Below are positions 55,548 to 64,000 of a DNA stretch of 64,000 bases, in pieces. Each line of letters opens with the position of its first letter. Position 1 is the first letter of the stretch. The DNA is taken from contig JASMDC010000013.1 in the NCBI GenBank assembly GCA_030753015.1, positions 1 through 64,000 of the forward strand, in the 5' to 3' direction. Source of the DNA: Candidatus Undinarchaeales archaeon. Lineage in GTDB: Archaea > SpSt-1190 > JASMDC01. A program made the position numbers and the translations under genes. The notes beneath the pieces were generated by a model. The model worked only from the letters and a program-made list of their open reading frames with translations. It was not told the origin of the DNA and made no database searches.

Positions 55548-57319
55548 CGCGCATCGCCATCGTCAAGAAGGACGAATGCCAGGGCGGCCGTGATTGCCCC
55601 TATACGTGCCAACGCTTCTGCCCCCGCGTCCGTACCGGCGACGAGACCGTCACCGTGGGCGAGGACGGTAAGCCCGTCATCCACGAGGAGTTGTGCGTGG
55701 GATGCGGTATCTGCGTGAACAAGTGCCCCCACGACTCGATCATCATCGTCAACCTCCCGGAGGAGCTGAAGAGCGAACCGGTCCACCGGTTCGGTATCAA
55801 CGGGTTCCGCCTGTTCAGGCTGCCGGTGCCCAAGCGCGGTTCCGTGGTGGGCCTACTGGGACCCAACGGTATCGGTAAGTCCACGGCCATCTCCATCCTC
55901 GGTGGCCAGCTGGTCCCTGACCTCGGAACGGGCGAGCCCGCCGATTGGGACGACATTGCGGAGTTCTTCGCAGGCAACGAGATCCTCAACTACCTCCAGG
56001 AACTGCGAGAAGGTACGGCCAACCTCGCCTTCAAGCCCCAGCAGATCACCGCGATCCCCAAGCTGTACAAGGGCAAGAGTGCTCGCGAGCTCTTGGAGAA
56101 AATTGACCAGGCCGGTCGTTTGGACGAGCTGGTGAAGGCCTTCGAGCTCACCGACCTCCTCGATCACCCCGTGCAGAATCTCTCAGGTGGCGAGATGCAG
56201 CGCGTGTCCATCGCAGGCTGTCTCTCCCGGGACGCACAGTTCTTCTTCCTTGACGAGCCCTCGTCCTTTCTCGACATCAAGCAGCGCCTCAACGTGTCCA
56301 AGGTCATCAGGGACCTGGCGACCCAGGACAAGGCCGTGATGGTCGTCGAGCACGACCTGGTCATCCTCGACTACCTCACAGATTACACCCACTTGATGTA
56401 CGGCAAGGCCGCAGCTTTCGGCGTGGTCTCCCTCCTGCGCGGTGCGCGGGCCGGTATAAACACTTACCTCGGCGGGTACCTTAAAGAGGAGAACGTCCGG
56501 TTCCGGACCGGCCCCATCACCTTCGATGTGCGGGCCCCGATACCCGAGCGGGACGCCGACAAACTCGTGACCTTCGAGGGACTGAAGCGTTCGTTCCCGA
56601 GCTTCTCGCTGGACGTGCCCAAGGGCAACGTATTCCGTGGAGAGGTCGTAGGGATCCTTGGGCCCAACGGCATCGGTAAGACCACCATGGTCAAGATGCT
56701 GGCCGGGATTGAGGAGCCGGACGAGGGCTTCATAGACACGACCGTGACGGTCTCATATAAGCCTCAGTACCTAGAGGCCAAGGGCAACGCTACGGTCCAG
56801 TCCACGCTCAAGGCGGTCACCTCCGACGTCGGTACGGGGCTCTACCAGACCGAAGTGCTCCGCCCGTTGGCTCTCGAGGGCCTGCTCACCAAGCGTATCG
56901 TCCACTTGTCGGGTGGCGAGCTCCAGCGCCTTGCCATCGCTGTCTGCCTCTCCCGCGAGGCCGACCTGTACCTGCTCGACGAGCCCGCGGCGTACCTTGA
57001 CGTAGAGCAGCGCATTAACGCTGCCCGGGTCATCCGCCGCACCATGGAGAGACGGGAGGCGTCGTGCATGGTGGTCGACCACGACATCCTCTTCCTCGAC
57101 TACCTCTCCAACCGGCTCATGGTGTTCATGGGCCGACCGGGCGTCTCGGGTAAGGCTGTGGGCCCCATGACGATGCGGGACGGGATGAACCTCTTCCTCA
57201 AGGACGTGGGCGTCACCTTCCGGCGAGATCCCGAAACTCGCCGGCCGCGCGCGAACAAGACCGCATCCCTCAAGGACCGGGAGCAGAAGGCGCAGGGCGA
57301 GTACTACTACCTCGAGTGA
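55544..57319 (+). CDS. rli: Ribosome recycling ATPase ABCE1 (RLI)
   Basis: N-terminal Fe-S Cys (CQRFCP, CVGCGICVNKCP); two ABC domains (GPNGIGKS/T, LSGGE, LDEP); TFRRDP.T.RPRANK. Confidence 0.97.
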   Translation: MTRIAIVKKDECQGGRDCPYTCQRFCPRVRTGDETVTVGEDGKPVIHEELCVGCGICVNKCPHDSIIIVNLPEELKSEPVHRFGINGFRLFRLPVPKRGSVVGLLGPNGIGKSTAISILGGQLVPDLGTGEPADWDDIAEFFAGNEILNYLQELREGTANLAFKPQQITAIPKLYKGKSARELLEKIDQAGRLDELVKAFELTDLLDHPVQNLSGGEMQRVSIAGCLSRDAQFFFLDEPSSFLDIKQRLNVSKVIRDLATQDKAVMVVEHDLVILDYLTDYTHLMYGKAAAFGVVSLLRGARAGINTYLGGYLKEENVRFRTGPITFDVRAPIPERDADKLVTFEGLKRSFPSFSLDVPKGNVFRGEVVGILGPNGIGKTTMVKMLAGIEEPDEGFIDTTVTVSYKPQYLEAKGNATVQSTLKAVTSDVGTGLYQTEVLRPLALEGLLTKRIVHLSGGELQRLAIAVCLSREADLYLLDEPAAYLDVEQRINAARVIRRTMERREASCMVVDHDILFLDYLSNRLMVFMGRPGVSGKAVGPMTMRDGMNLFLKDVGVTFRRDPETRRPRANKTASLKDREQKAQGEYYYLE

Positions 57320-57355
57320 GGGTGTAACCGCTTCCTACGGGCCGCCGATCAGAAC

Positions 57356-58278
57356 TGTAATTCCTCAGGACATATTGGACACTTTCGAGAATACTTGTGA
57401 GGGTATTTGGTATCCTATGCCTGCATGTGGCCTTTCGTTGTTGTAATAATCGACGAACGTTTCCAAGCTGTTGAATCGTGGGTATGTTGCTCTGAACGTC
57501 CTGTGGAATCTCTCGATTTTTCCGAGCGTGGTGGGCTTGCCTATACCTCCGAATATGTGTTGTATACCTCGATCTTTGCAGAAGATCGTGAAGCCGGATA
57601 CCTGTCCTTTAGATGCGTAGTACTGTGTTCCGTGGTCTGTGATTATCTGTCGGGGCTTGCCGTAGTCGTCAATAATCGTCTCGAGCTGTCCGAGGATGTT
57701 TTCTGTCGTTCCCCGTTTGAACAGCTCGATCCCCAGGATGTATCGCGAACAGTCGTCGATGAATGTTGACAGCCAACGGCGCTTGTAGATGCATAGATCT
57801 GTCTGCCATAGGCTGTTCGGGTGCTTCCTGGACCAGCTCTTGTACGTCTTCTGCCTGCGTTTTTTCTTCAGGCGTTTGATCAGACCTGCATCTTTGAGCG
57901 TCCGGTATACCGTCGCATGACCAACGCAGATACCTTCTTTTTCTAGCAAAACTTGTAGGGTCTTCTCGTTATGTCCCGTCTCTTCACGGATCGCTATGAT
58001 CCGCTCTTTGACACTCTCGGGTGTCCTGTGTATCGTTTTGGGACGCCGGGACTTGGGCTTGAGACCTTCAAAGCCTTCCTTCTCATACTTGTCCCACCAT
58101 GTGTAGAACGTGCTGCGTGGAACGCGGGCTTGAGAACAGATGTCATCCACGCGCCTTCCTTCTTTCCGTCGCCTTACCATCCAAAGCCTGAGCTTAGCAA
58201 GATCACGCTTCATAACTTACCACAAGAAAAAAGAGAGACTCAACAACAAGAATGTCCAACATGTGGTGAGGAACTACA
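57356..58278 (-). mobile_element. IS481-family insertion sequence with 15-bp target duplication
   Basis: TGT...ACA ends; IRs TGTAATTCCTCAGGACATATTGGACA / rc TGTAGTTCCTCACCACATGTTGGACA; GCCGCCGATCAGAAC at 57341-57355 and 58279-58293. Confidence 0.92.
57365..58213 (-). CDS. IS481 family transposase (HTH plus integrase core)
   Basis: PNSLWQTD, IDDCSR, ITDHGTQY, PTTLGKIERFHRT, YNNERPH; lower GC than the host. Confidence 0.93.
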   Translation of the reverse strand: MKRDLAKLRLWMVRRRKEGRRVDDICSQARVPRSTFYTWWDKYEKEGFEGLKPKSRRPKTIHRTPESVKERIIAIREETGHNEKTLQVLLEKEGICVGHATVYRTLKDAGLIKRLKKKRRQKTYKSWSRKHPNSLWQTDLCIYKRRWLSTFIDDCSRYILGIELFKRGTTENILGQLETIIDDYGKPRQIITDHGTQYYASKGQVSGFTIFCKDRGIQHIFGGIGKPTTLGKIERFHRTFRATYPRFNSLETFVDYYNNERPHAGIGYQIPSQVFSKVSNMS

Positions 58279-58348
58279 GCCGCCGATCAGAACAACAACC
58301 CTTATATGGTATCCAAACTACATCAATAACTAGTAGATAGTGGAACCT

Positions 58349-61300
58349 ATGGAGAATGGGAAGGAACAATCCAGTGTCCTAGTAGAAGGACTCTTGCTGT
58401 TGGTACTGCTCCCATCGCTGGTACTGTCCACCGAGCTCGACGTCGGCACAAACATAGCCACGAGCGAGATGTACTCCCAGCAGCTGAGGTACTTCAATGT
58501 CGATGTGGCCTTCTCCGACCCCGTACTCACTATGGAGGACGGTTCCACGAGCATCACTATCGAGAACACCACGCTCGTCTCCGAGCCCACGCACCCCATG
58601 CTCCCGATGAGGATCGTCACCCTTTACATCCCTGAAGGGTATCAGGTCTCGTCGGTGGAGGTCATTGAACTTGTGACTCGCTCCCTCGGAGCTGACCATC
58701 AGGTTCTGCCCGCCCCCTACCCCATTAGCCCCATCGATCATAAGCCTTCTGAAAGGAACACCTCCATCTACGGCTCACCGGAACCCTTCCCTCCTCAGTC
58801 TTTCATGACGTATGGGACCCGGCGCCTGATGGGATACAACGTGTTCCAGGTCGCGACCTTCCCCATCACCTACTACCCGATCAATGGAAGTCTACTCTTC
58901 CATCCAAGAATCAGAATCAGGGCACAGCTGGAGTGGACCGGAACGGAGGGTCCAGGAAAGGAGGAGGAAGAGCGAGGTTTCATCAGCTCGATAGTCGAGA
59001 ACGACTTCGCGCTCGAGGAGGGATTCGGAACGCCCGTCGTCCCCGATCACTCGGATTCCGATGGAGCTGGTGAAGGTGAGGGTGAGTCCGGGACCACGGA
59101 GGGCGGTGCGGACGGTGAGGGCGAACCACAGGCGGACAGCGGTCCAACATACGAATACCTTATCGTGTATCATTCACCGACCTTCAACTCCGCCGCGAAC
59201 AGGCTGGGAACGTGGAAGTACCAGAAGGGCTACACAGTCGGTCTTGCCTCGACCGCATACTTCAACAGTAATTATGCAGGATATGACCTTGCCGAAAAGA
59301 TCAGAAACGGTCTCAAGAACCTCCATGATAACTACGGTACTCAATGGGTCGTTCTCATTGGAGATTACAACTACGTCCCCCCCCGGTGCGGGTATGACAA
59401 GAAAGGAACGAACACAGGGGGCAATACGGGTTACCTCTGTGACGCTGACTCCACACCAACTGACCTATACTACGCTGATCTCGATAGCGACTGGGACTAC
59501 GACGGGGACAACCTGTACGGCGAGTACATCGATGATCACTGGGGCGGGGGAGTCCAGCGCCTCGACCTCACGGCAGAAGTGTACGTAGGAAGGATTTCTG
59601 TGTCTGATGCCGACACCGCCCTGCAGGTCGTCGACAAGATCATCAAATACGAGAAGGAACCTACGACAGGGGACTGGCTATCGAAGGCCCTCATCCTGGG
59701 CGCTATGGCCAACTACGACGAGGACACGAACAGCGACGGTCAGGTGGACAAGTTCAAGCGCGACTGGGCCCCGGTCATGGAGCAGCTCAGGACCGACTAC
59801 TTCCCCGCAGACTATTCCCTCACCACCATGTACGAGAAGGAAGGGGTCGCCTCACCCCTGGGACAGTCCACTTACTCATGCACCACGCCCCTCACGAACG
59901 ACAACGTGAAGTCCGCTATCAATCAGGGCTACGGTGTCATGACCATGGGCGGCCACGGCGGTAAAACCGACATCTGGAGGGTCATCTGGAGCATGGACGC
60001 CGATAGTGACAACATCAACGACCCCTCTGAAAAACAATGGTCGGCGTACCTGAAGACGACGGATACACTGTCGAACGCCAACAAGACACCATTCGTGTAT
60101 ACTGCCTCATGCCTGACCGCCCTCATTGACGGTTCAAGTGACTCCCTGGGGGAATGGCTCGTCAACCAGCAGTGGTCGGGAGCGATCGGGTATGTGGGAG
60201 CGACGCGCACTTCGTACTCCGGCATCGGTAGCACCGAATATTACAATCAGAAGCTCGTCAAGCTATTCTGGGATTCGCTCTTCTCAGGGTACTACTCATC
60301 GGGCGAGGCGCTCTACCGCTCCAAGACACAGTACTCTGTACACCATCCGTTCACAGGTGCCTCGAATGATAATACCAAACTAAGGAACTACTACGACTAC
60401 ATCCTGCTAGGTGATCCCGAGACGCCTATCTGGACGGATGATCCCGTTACGGTCTCCTCCACAGGGCTTCCCGAGAAACTCCAGACCGGGCATGCCAATG
60501 AATTCGTAGTGATAATCAAAGACTCGGAGCAAAGCGCGGTCAATGGAGCACGTGTATCCATATCAGGAGCTGGGACCCATGAGGAAAAGACGACGGATAC
60601 CCAAGGGAACGCTGCATTCACGGGGATCTCGCCCACGTCGGACGGTACCGTGACCCTTGTCGTCACCAAGCACAACCACCTCACGGTAATCGAGGAGGTA
60701 CAATCTATCACGGACAATGACGCCCCGACCACCACGCCCGGAGTAACGGAGGACGGGTGGTACTCCGAGGACCAGACGCTCAGCCTGACATGCGACGACG
60801 GTTCCGGTGTGGGATGCAGCACGACGTACTACTGCACGGACTCTGTAGGAACGTGCACGCCCGGGACTGTGTACACGCAACCGGTCTCGCTCTCATGCTC
60901 GACAGGGAGCATATGCATCCACTACGTCAGGTACTACAGTAAGGACCAGTTCGACAACGCGGAGTCATTCAAGACGAGCGTGGCTTTCAGGATCGACAAG
61001 CAGAAACCGACAACGACGGACAGTTCGGATGCGAACTGGCACGGAAGCGACCAGGCCATCACGCTGACGTGCAATGACGGGACCGGCGCGGGATGTGACA
61101 CCACGTACTACTGCACCGATACGAGCGGTACGTGCACGCCTGATACGAATTACACGCAGCCCATCAGCATTACGTGCTCCGCTGGAAGCGTGTGCACAAG
61201 GTACGTCAGGTATCGCAGTAACGACACCCTTGCGAACACGGAGGACGTCAGGACAAGCAATCAGGTCAGGATCGACAAGCAGAAACCGACAACGTCGGAC

Positions 61301-64000
61301 AACTCCGATACGAACTGGCACGGAAGCGACCAGACGGTCACTCTCACGTGCAACGATGGGACCGGCGCGGGATGCGACACCACGTACTACTGCACCGATA
61401 CGAGCGGGACGTGCACGCCCAACACAACGTACTCGCAACCGATCAGCGTCACGTGCTCTGTGGGAAGCGTATGCACCAGATATGTCAGGTACCGCAGCAA
61501 CGACACCCTTGCGAACACGGAGGATGTCAGTACGAGCAATCCGGTGAAGATCGACAAGCATATACCGACCACGACCGACAGCTCTGACGCGAACTGGCAC
61601 GGAAGCGACCAGGCAATCACGCTCACGTGCGATGACGGATCGGGTGCAGGGTGCGACACCACATACTACTGCACCGATATGAACGGGACGTGTACGCCCG
61701 ACACAGCGTACACGCAGCCGATCAGCATCACGTGCTCCGCGGGGAGCGTCTGCACGAGGTACGTCAGATACATCAGCAACGACACACTCGCAAATATCGA
61801 GGATGTAAAGACAAGCACGGGTCCCCGCATCGATAACGAGGCCCCTGTCACGAGCTCCAATGTGACGGAAGCATGGCACTCAATGGACCAATGGGCATCT
61901 CTGGTGTGTGATGACGCCACAGGTGTGGGATGTAACGCTACCGCATACTGCATTGACACAAGCAGCGTATGTGGCTGTACCCCCACCACCATCTACGAAG
62001 GCCCGACCAACCTAATCTGCTCCCCGGGTAGCGTGTGCACCCACCATATCTGCGTCGCGAGCAACGATTCTCTAGGCAATCTCGAGGAGAAGAGGAACAT
62101 CGACGTGAACATCGACAAATCCGGCATTGTGCTCCGCGACATAATCCTCCCCACGCAGGGAGGCCACTACCGGACACCAACGTCCCTGCCCCTTTCCCTG
62201 TCAGTGAACGATCACATCATCGACACGTGCTGGTACACAATCACGTCGACCGTCGGAGGCCGCTCCGTGCACACAATCCCAAAGTGTCAGAACGTCACTC
62301 TGGACATCACGACGGGCTCGTGGCTGGACGACTTTGACGATGGCTCGTGGATCGATAACAGTACATCCCACAACATCACCGTTTCCACCGGGGCGGTCCG
62401 ACTCGTGCCCAAGGGCAACTCCACGGCCATTACCGGCAGGCTCCACAGCAGCCGGATCCGACCCATTAATCCTGGAAACTGGGGCCGCTTCACAGCCATC
62501 CAGAACGTCAACAAGTCCCAGGGCTCTGCGATCAGCTATTCGGTCCTGGACGGGGAGACGAACGAGACCTTGTGCAGTACCAACACCTCTAACAGGACTG
62601 TTGTGATTGACCTTTCCTCCTGTCTGAACGGGACCGCTTCGATAGTACTCTCGGCATCGCTCACATCTACGAACACATCGGCCGTGCCAGTTATCTACAT
62701 GTGGAACGTGACGTGGTCACGGGCGGACGGCCCCTACGATCTGACGGTCCATGCCAACGACACGACGGGACGCTCCCAGAACAAGTCGCGACAATTCGTT
62801 GTCGACACGATCCCACCTTCCATCACTTCGCTACTCATCAACGATGATGCCGCCTCCACGTCCACGAGGGACGTCACGCTCAATGCATCGGGCAGCGGGT
62901 TCTCGGAATGCAGGTTCAGCAACGATGGAGCCGAATGGTCCACGTACACTGCCTATAGCGGACCCGCGTCGTGGACACTCTCGGCCGGGAACGCTCAGAA
63001 GACCGTCTCTATGCAATGTCGGGACTCCGCCGGTAACGAGGCGGTACAGGTCACCGATACCATCGACCTATCGATCCCGTCCAGTGGTGGTGGGAGCAGC
63101 AGCGGCAGCAGCAGCAGCAGCGCGAGCAGCAGCAGTGTAGCCAGTAGCAGCAGCAGCGGGAGCAGCGGTGGTGGTGGTGGAGGCGGCTATTCGCGCCTGA
63201 GCTATAACTTCTCGATCGAGTGCGACCACCCGGAAATGCTCACGATGGAACCGGGCGGTCGCGCCAAGGTGTCCTGTATCGTGACTGCCCTGGAGACCCA
63301 GCTCCCCTCACTCAACGTGACGACGGAACCGGTGGAAGGGCTCCATATCTTTCCCGCCATCCATTCCTTCGAAGAGATCCCGTACTGGACCTATAAGGAC
63401 GCGGAAGAGACCTTGAAAGATGAACTGGTCGCATACCGGAAGTTCGTTCTCGAGATCAGTTCGGAGAAAAGCTGCAGAACGAGGATAGCTCCGATAAACA
63501 TAATCGGTAGCTGCATCTCGGAGGATGACAGGATCAACGTCACGAACGTGAGCAGGATATTCGCTAAAGTGCTCCCGCTACCGGAGTGTCCCGAGGAGAG
63601 TGATGGGTTCTGTCAGTCTTCGTGTCCTCTGGATGTCAGCGGGTGCGTTCCCGAGACGTGCGAGAACGCTCCCGAGGACTGCGGCCCATGTCCCGCGGAC
63701 GAGGAAGAGGACGCGAACACTACGGATGACGAGGCCATCGGGCACGAAAACGTGACCCTTGAAGTCCCTACACCCTCCCCTTCCCAGGAAGCTACACCTG
63801 AGCCGACGGTCTCTCCTTCCCCGACGCCCGAGCCCGAGCCCGAGCCCGAACTTGAACCTGAGCCAAGCCTTGAACCTGAACCCGAGCCGACCCCGGTCCC
63901 GAATCCCAATGTAACCGAGGACGAGTTCAACATGCATCTTGACGAGACGCGGAGCATCGTGGAGGACCTATCGTCAAGAACTGAGAACGTGACATCCCTC
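58349..64000 (+). CDS. Large gingipain-like C25 cysteine peptidase surface protein (3' end outside window, >1,880 aa)
   Basis: Manual translation: signal peptide, propeptide (PMLPMRIVTLYIP), YEYLIV, VLIGD, TDLYYADLD, VYVGRI, MGGHGG (His), TASCLT (Cys), LLGDP; then Cys repeats, Ser/Gly linker and (EP)n tract. No stop seen and absent from the ORF track. Confidence 0.88.
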   Translation, partial: MENGKEQSSVLVEGLLLLVLLPSLVLSTELDVGTNIATSEMYSQQLRYFNVDVAFSDPVLTMEDGSTSITIENTTLVSEPTHPMLPMRIVTLYIPEGYQVSSVEVIELVTRSLGADHQVLPAPYPISPIDHKPSERNTSIYGSPEPFPPQSFMTYGTRRLMGYNVFQVATFPITYYPINGSLLFHPRIRIRAQLEWTGTEGPGKEEEERGFISSIVENDFALEEGFGTPVVPDHSDSDGAGEGEGESGTTEGGADGEGEPQADSGPTYEYLIVYHSPTFNSAANRLGTWKYQKGYTVGLASTAYFNSNYAGYDLAEKIRNGLKNLHDNYGTQWVVLIGDYNYVPPRCGYDKKGTNTGGNTGYLCDADSTPTDLYYADLDSDWDYDGDNLYGEYIDDHWGGGVQRLDLTAEVYVGRISVSDADTALQVVDKIIKYEKEPTTGDWLSKALILGAMANYDEDTNSDGQVDKFKRDWAPVMEQLRTDYFPADYSLTTMYEKEGVASPLGQSTYSCTTPLTNDNVKSAINQGYGVMTMGGHGGKTDIWRVIWSMDADSDNINDPSEKQWSAYLKTTDTLSNANKTPFVYTASCLTALIDGSSDSLGEWLVNQQWSGAIGYVGATRTSYSGIGSTEYYNQKLVKLFWDSLFSGYYSSGEALYRSKTQYSVHHPFTGASNDNTKLRNYYDYILLGDPETPIWTDDPVTVSSTGLPEKLQTGHANEFVVIIKDSEQSAVNGARVSISGAGTHEEKTTDTQGNAAFTGISPTSDGTVTLVVTKHNHLTVIEEVQSITDNDAPTTTPGVTEDGWYSEDQTLSLTCDDGSGVGCSTTYYCTDSVGTCTPGTVYTQPVSLSCSTGSICIHYVRYYSKDQFDNAESFKTSVAFRIDKQKPTTTDSSDANWHGSDQAITLTCNDGTGAGCDTTYYCTDTSGTCTPDTNYTQPISITCSAGSVCTRYVRYRSNDTLANTEDVRTSNQVRIDKQKPTTSDNSDTNWHGSDQTVTLTCNDGTGAGCDTTYYCTDTSGTCTPNTTYSQPISVTCSVGSVCTRYVRYRSNDTLANTEDVSTSNPVKIDKHIPTTTDSSDANWHGSDQAITLTCDDGSGAGCDTTYYCTDMNGTCTPDTAYTQPISITCSAGSVCTRYVRYISNDTLANIEDVKTSTGPRIDNEAPVTSSNVTEAWHSMDQWASLVCDDATGVGCNATAYCIDTSSVCGCTPTTIYEGPTNLICSPGSVCTHHICVASNDSLGNLEEKRNIDVNIDKSGIVLRDIILPTQGGHYRTPTSLPLSLSVNDHIIDTCWYTITSTVGGRSVHTIPKCQNVTLDITTGSWLDDFDDGSWIDNSTSHNITVSTGAVRLVPKGNSTAITGRLHSSRIRPINPGNWGRFTAIQNVNKSQGSAISYSVLDGETNETLCSTNTSNRTVVIDLSSCLNGTASIVLSASLTSTNTSAVPVIYMWNVTWSRADGPYDLTVHANDTTGRSQNKSRQFVVDTIPPSITSLLINDDAASTSTRDVTLNASGSGFSECRFSNDGAEWSTYTAYSGPASWTLSAGNAQKTVSMQCRDSAGNEAVQVTDTIDLSIPSSGGGSSSGSSSSSASSSSVASSSSSGSSGGGGGGGYSRLSYNFSIECDHPEMLTMEPGGRAKVSCIVTALETQLPSLNVTTEPVEGLHIFPAIHSFEEIPYWTYKDAEETLKDELVAYRKFVLEISSEKSCRTRIAPINIIGSCISEDDRINVTNVSRIFAKVLPLPECPEESDGFCQSSCPLDVSGCVPETCENAPEDCGPCPADEEEDANTTDDEAIGHENVTLEVPTPSPSQEATPEPTVSPSPTPEPEPEPELEPEPSLEPEPEPTPVPNPNVTEDEFNMHLDETRSIVEDLSSRTENVTSL
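60715..62120 (+). repeat. Five tandem 279-bp (93-aa) Cys-rich domain repeats inside the C25 gene
   Basis: IDK/IDN junctions at 60991, 61270, 61549 and 61828; unit W..SDQ.ITLTC.DG.G.GCDTTYYCTD..GTCTP...Y.QPISITC..GSVCTRYVRY. Confidence 0.9.

Noticed and set aside
60715-62120. 279-bp repeats as a CRISPR array or DGR template/variable repeats
   Set aside because: In-frame protein domain repeats without spacers; no cas or reverse transcriptase gene; differences are not adenine-specific by eye.
63080-63190. (AGC)n/(GGT)n tract as a phase-variation switch
   Set aside because: Trinucleotide units keep the frame; it encodes a Ser/Gly linker.

Overview
High-GC archaeal DNA (TATA-type promoters, ABCE1, archaeal NMNAT, NusA-like KH protein, class III 'RGQ/RAQ' pilin signals, BHB tRNA intron). 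A DPANN-type lineage is suggested but not proven. The left half is dominated by two paralogous three-gene modules (3160-16735 and 18823-32087). Each encodes a ~2,700-aa secreted Cys-rich giant protein, a ~690-aa type IV pilin-like protein and a ~1,000-aa secreted Ig/MG-like protein. At the same internal position the two giants carry a cysteine-free helical insert that differs in size (~185 vs ~595 aa) and largely in sequence. This is my best candidate for an undescribed cell-contact/effector-delivery system. The right half has housekeeping genes (lpd, aminotransferase, NMNAT, ABCE1, Lrp pair) and an intron-containing tRNA-Ile(UAU) whose intron loop reads CUCAUA. It also has a decayed tnpB element, tRNA-Gly(GCC) with a ~0.67-kb att-flanked mini-element interrupted by IS1634, an IS481 with a 15-bp target duplication, and a >1,880-aa gingipain-like (C25) surface protease running off the end. 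All calls are by-eye motif recognition; no searches were run.
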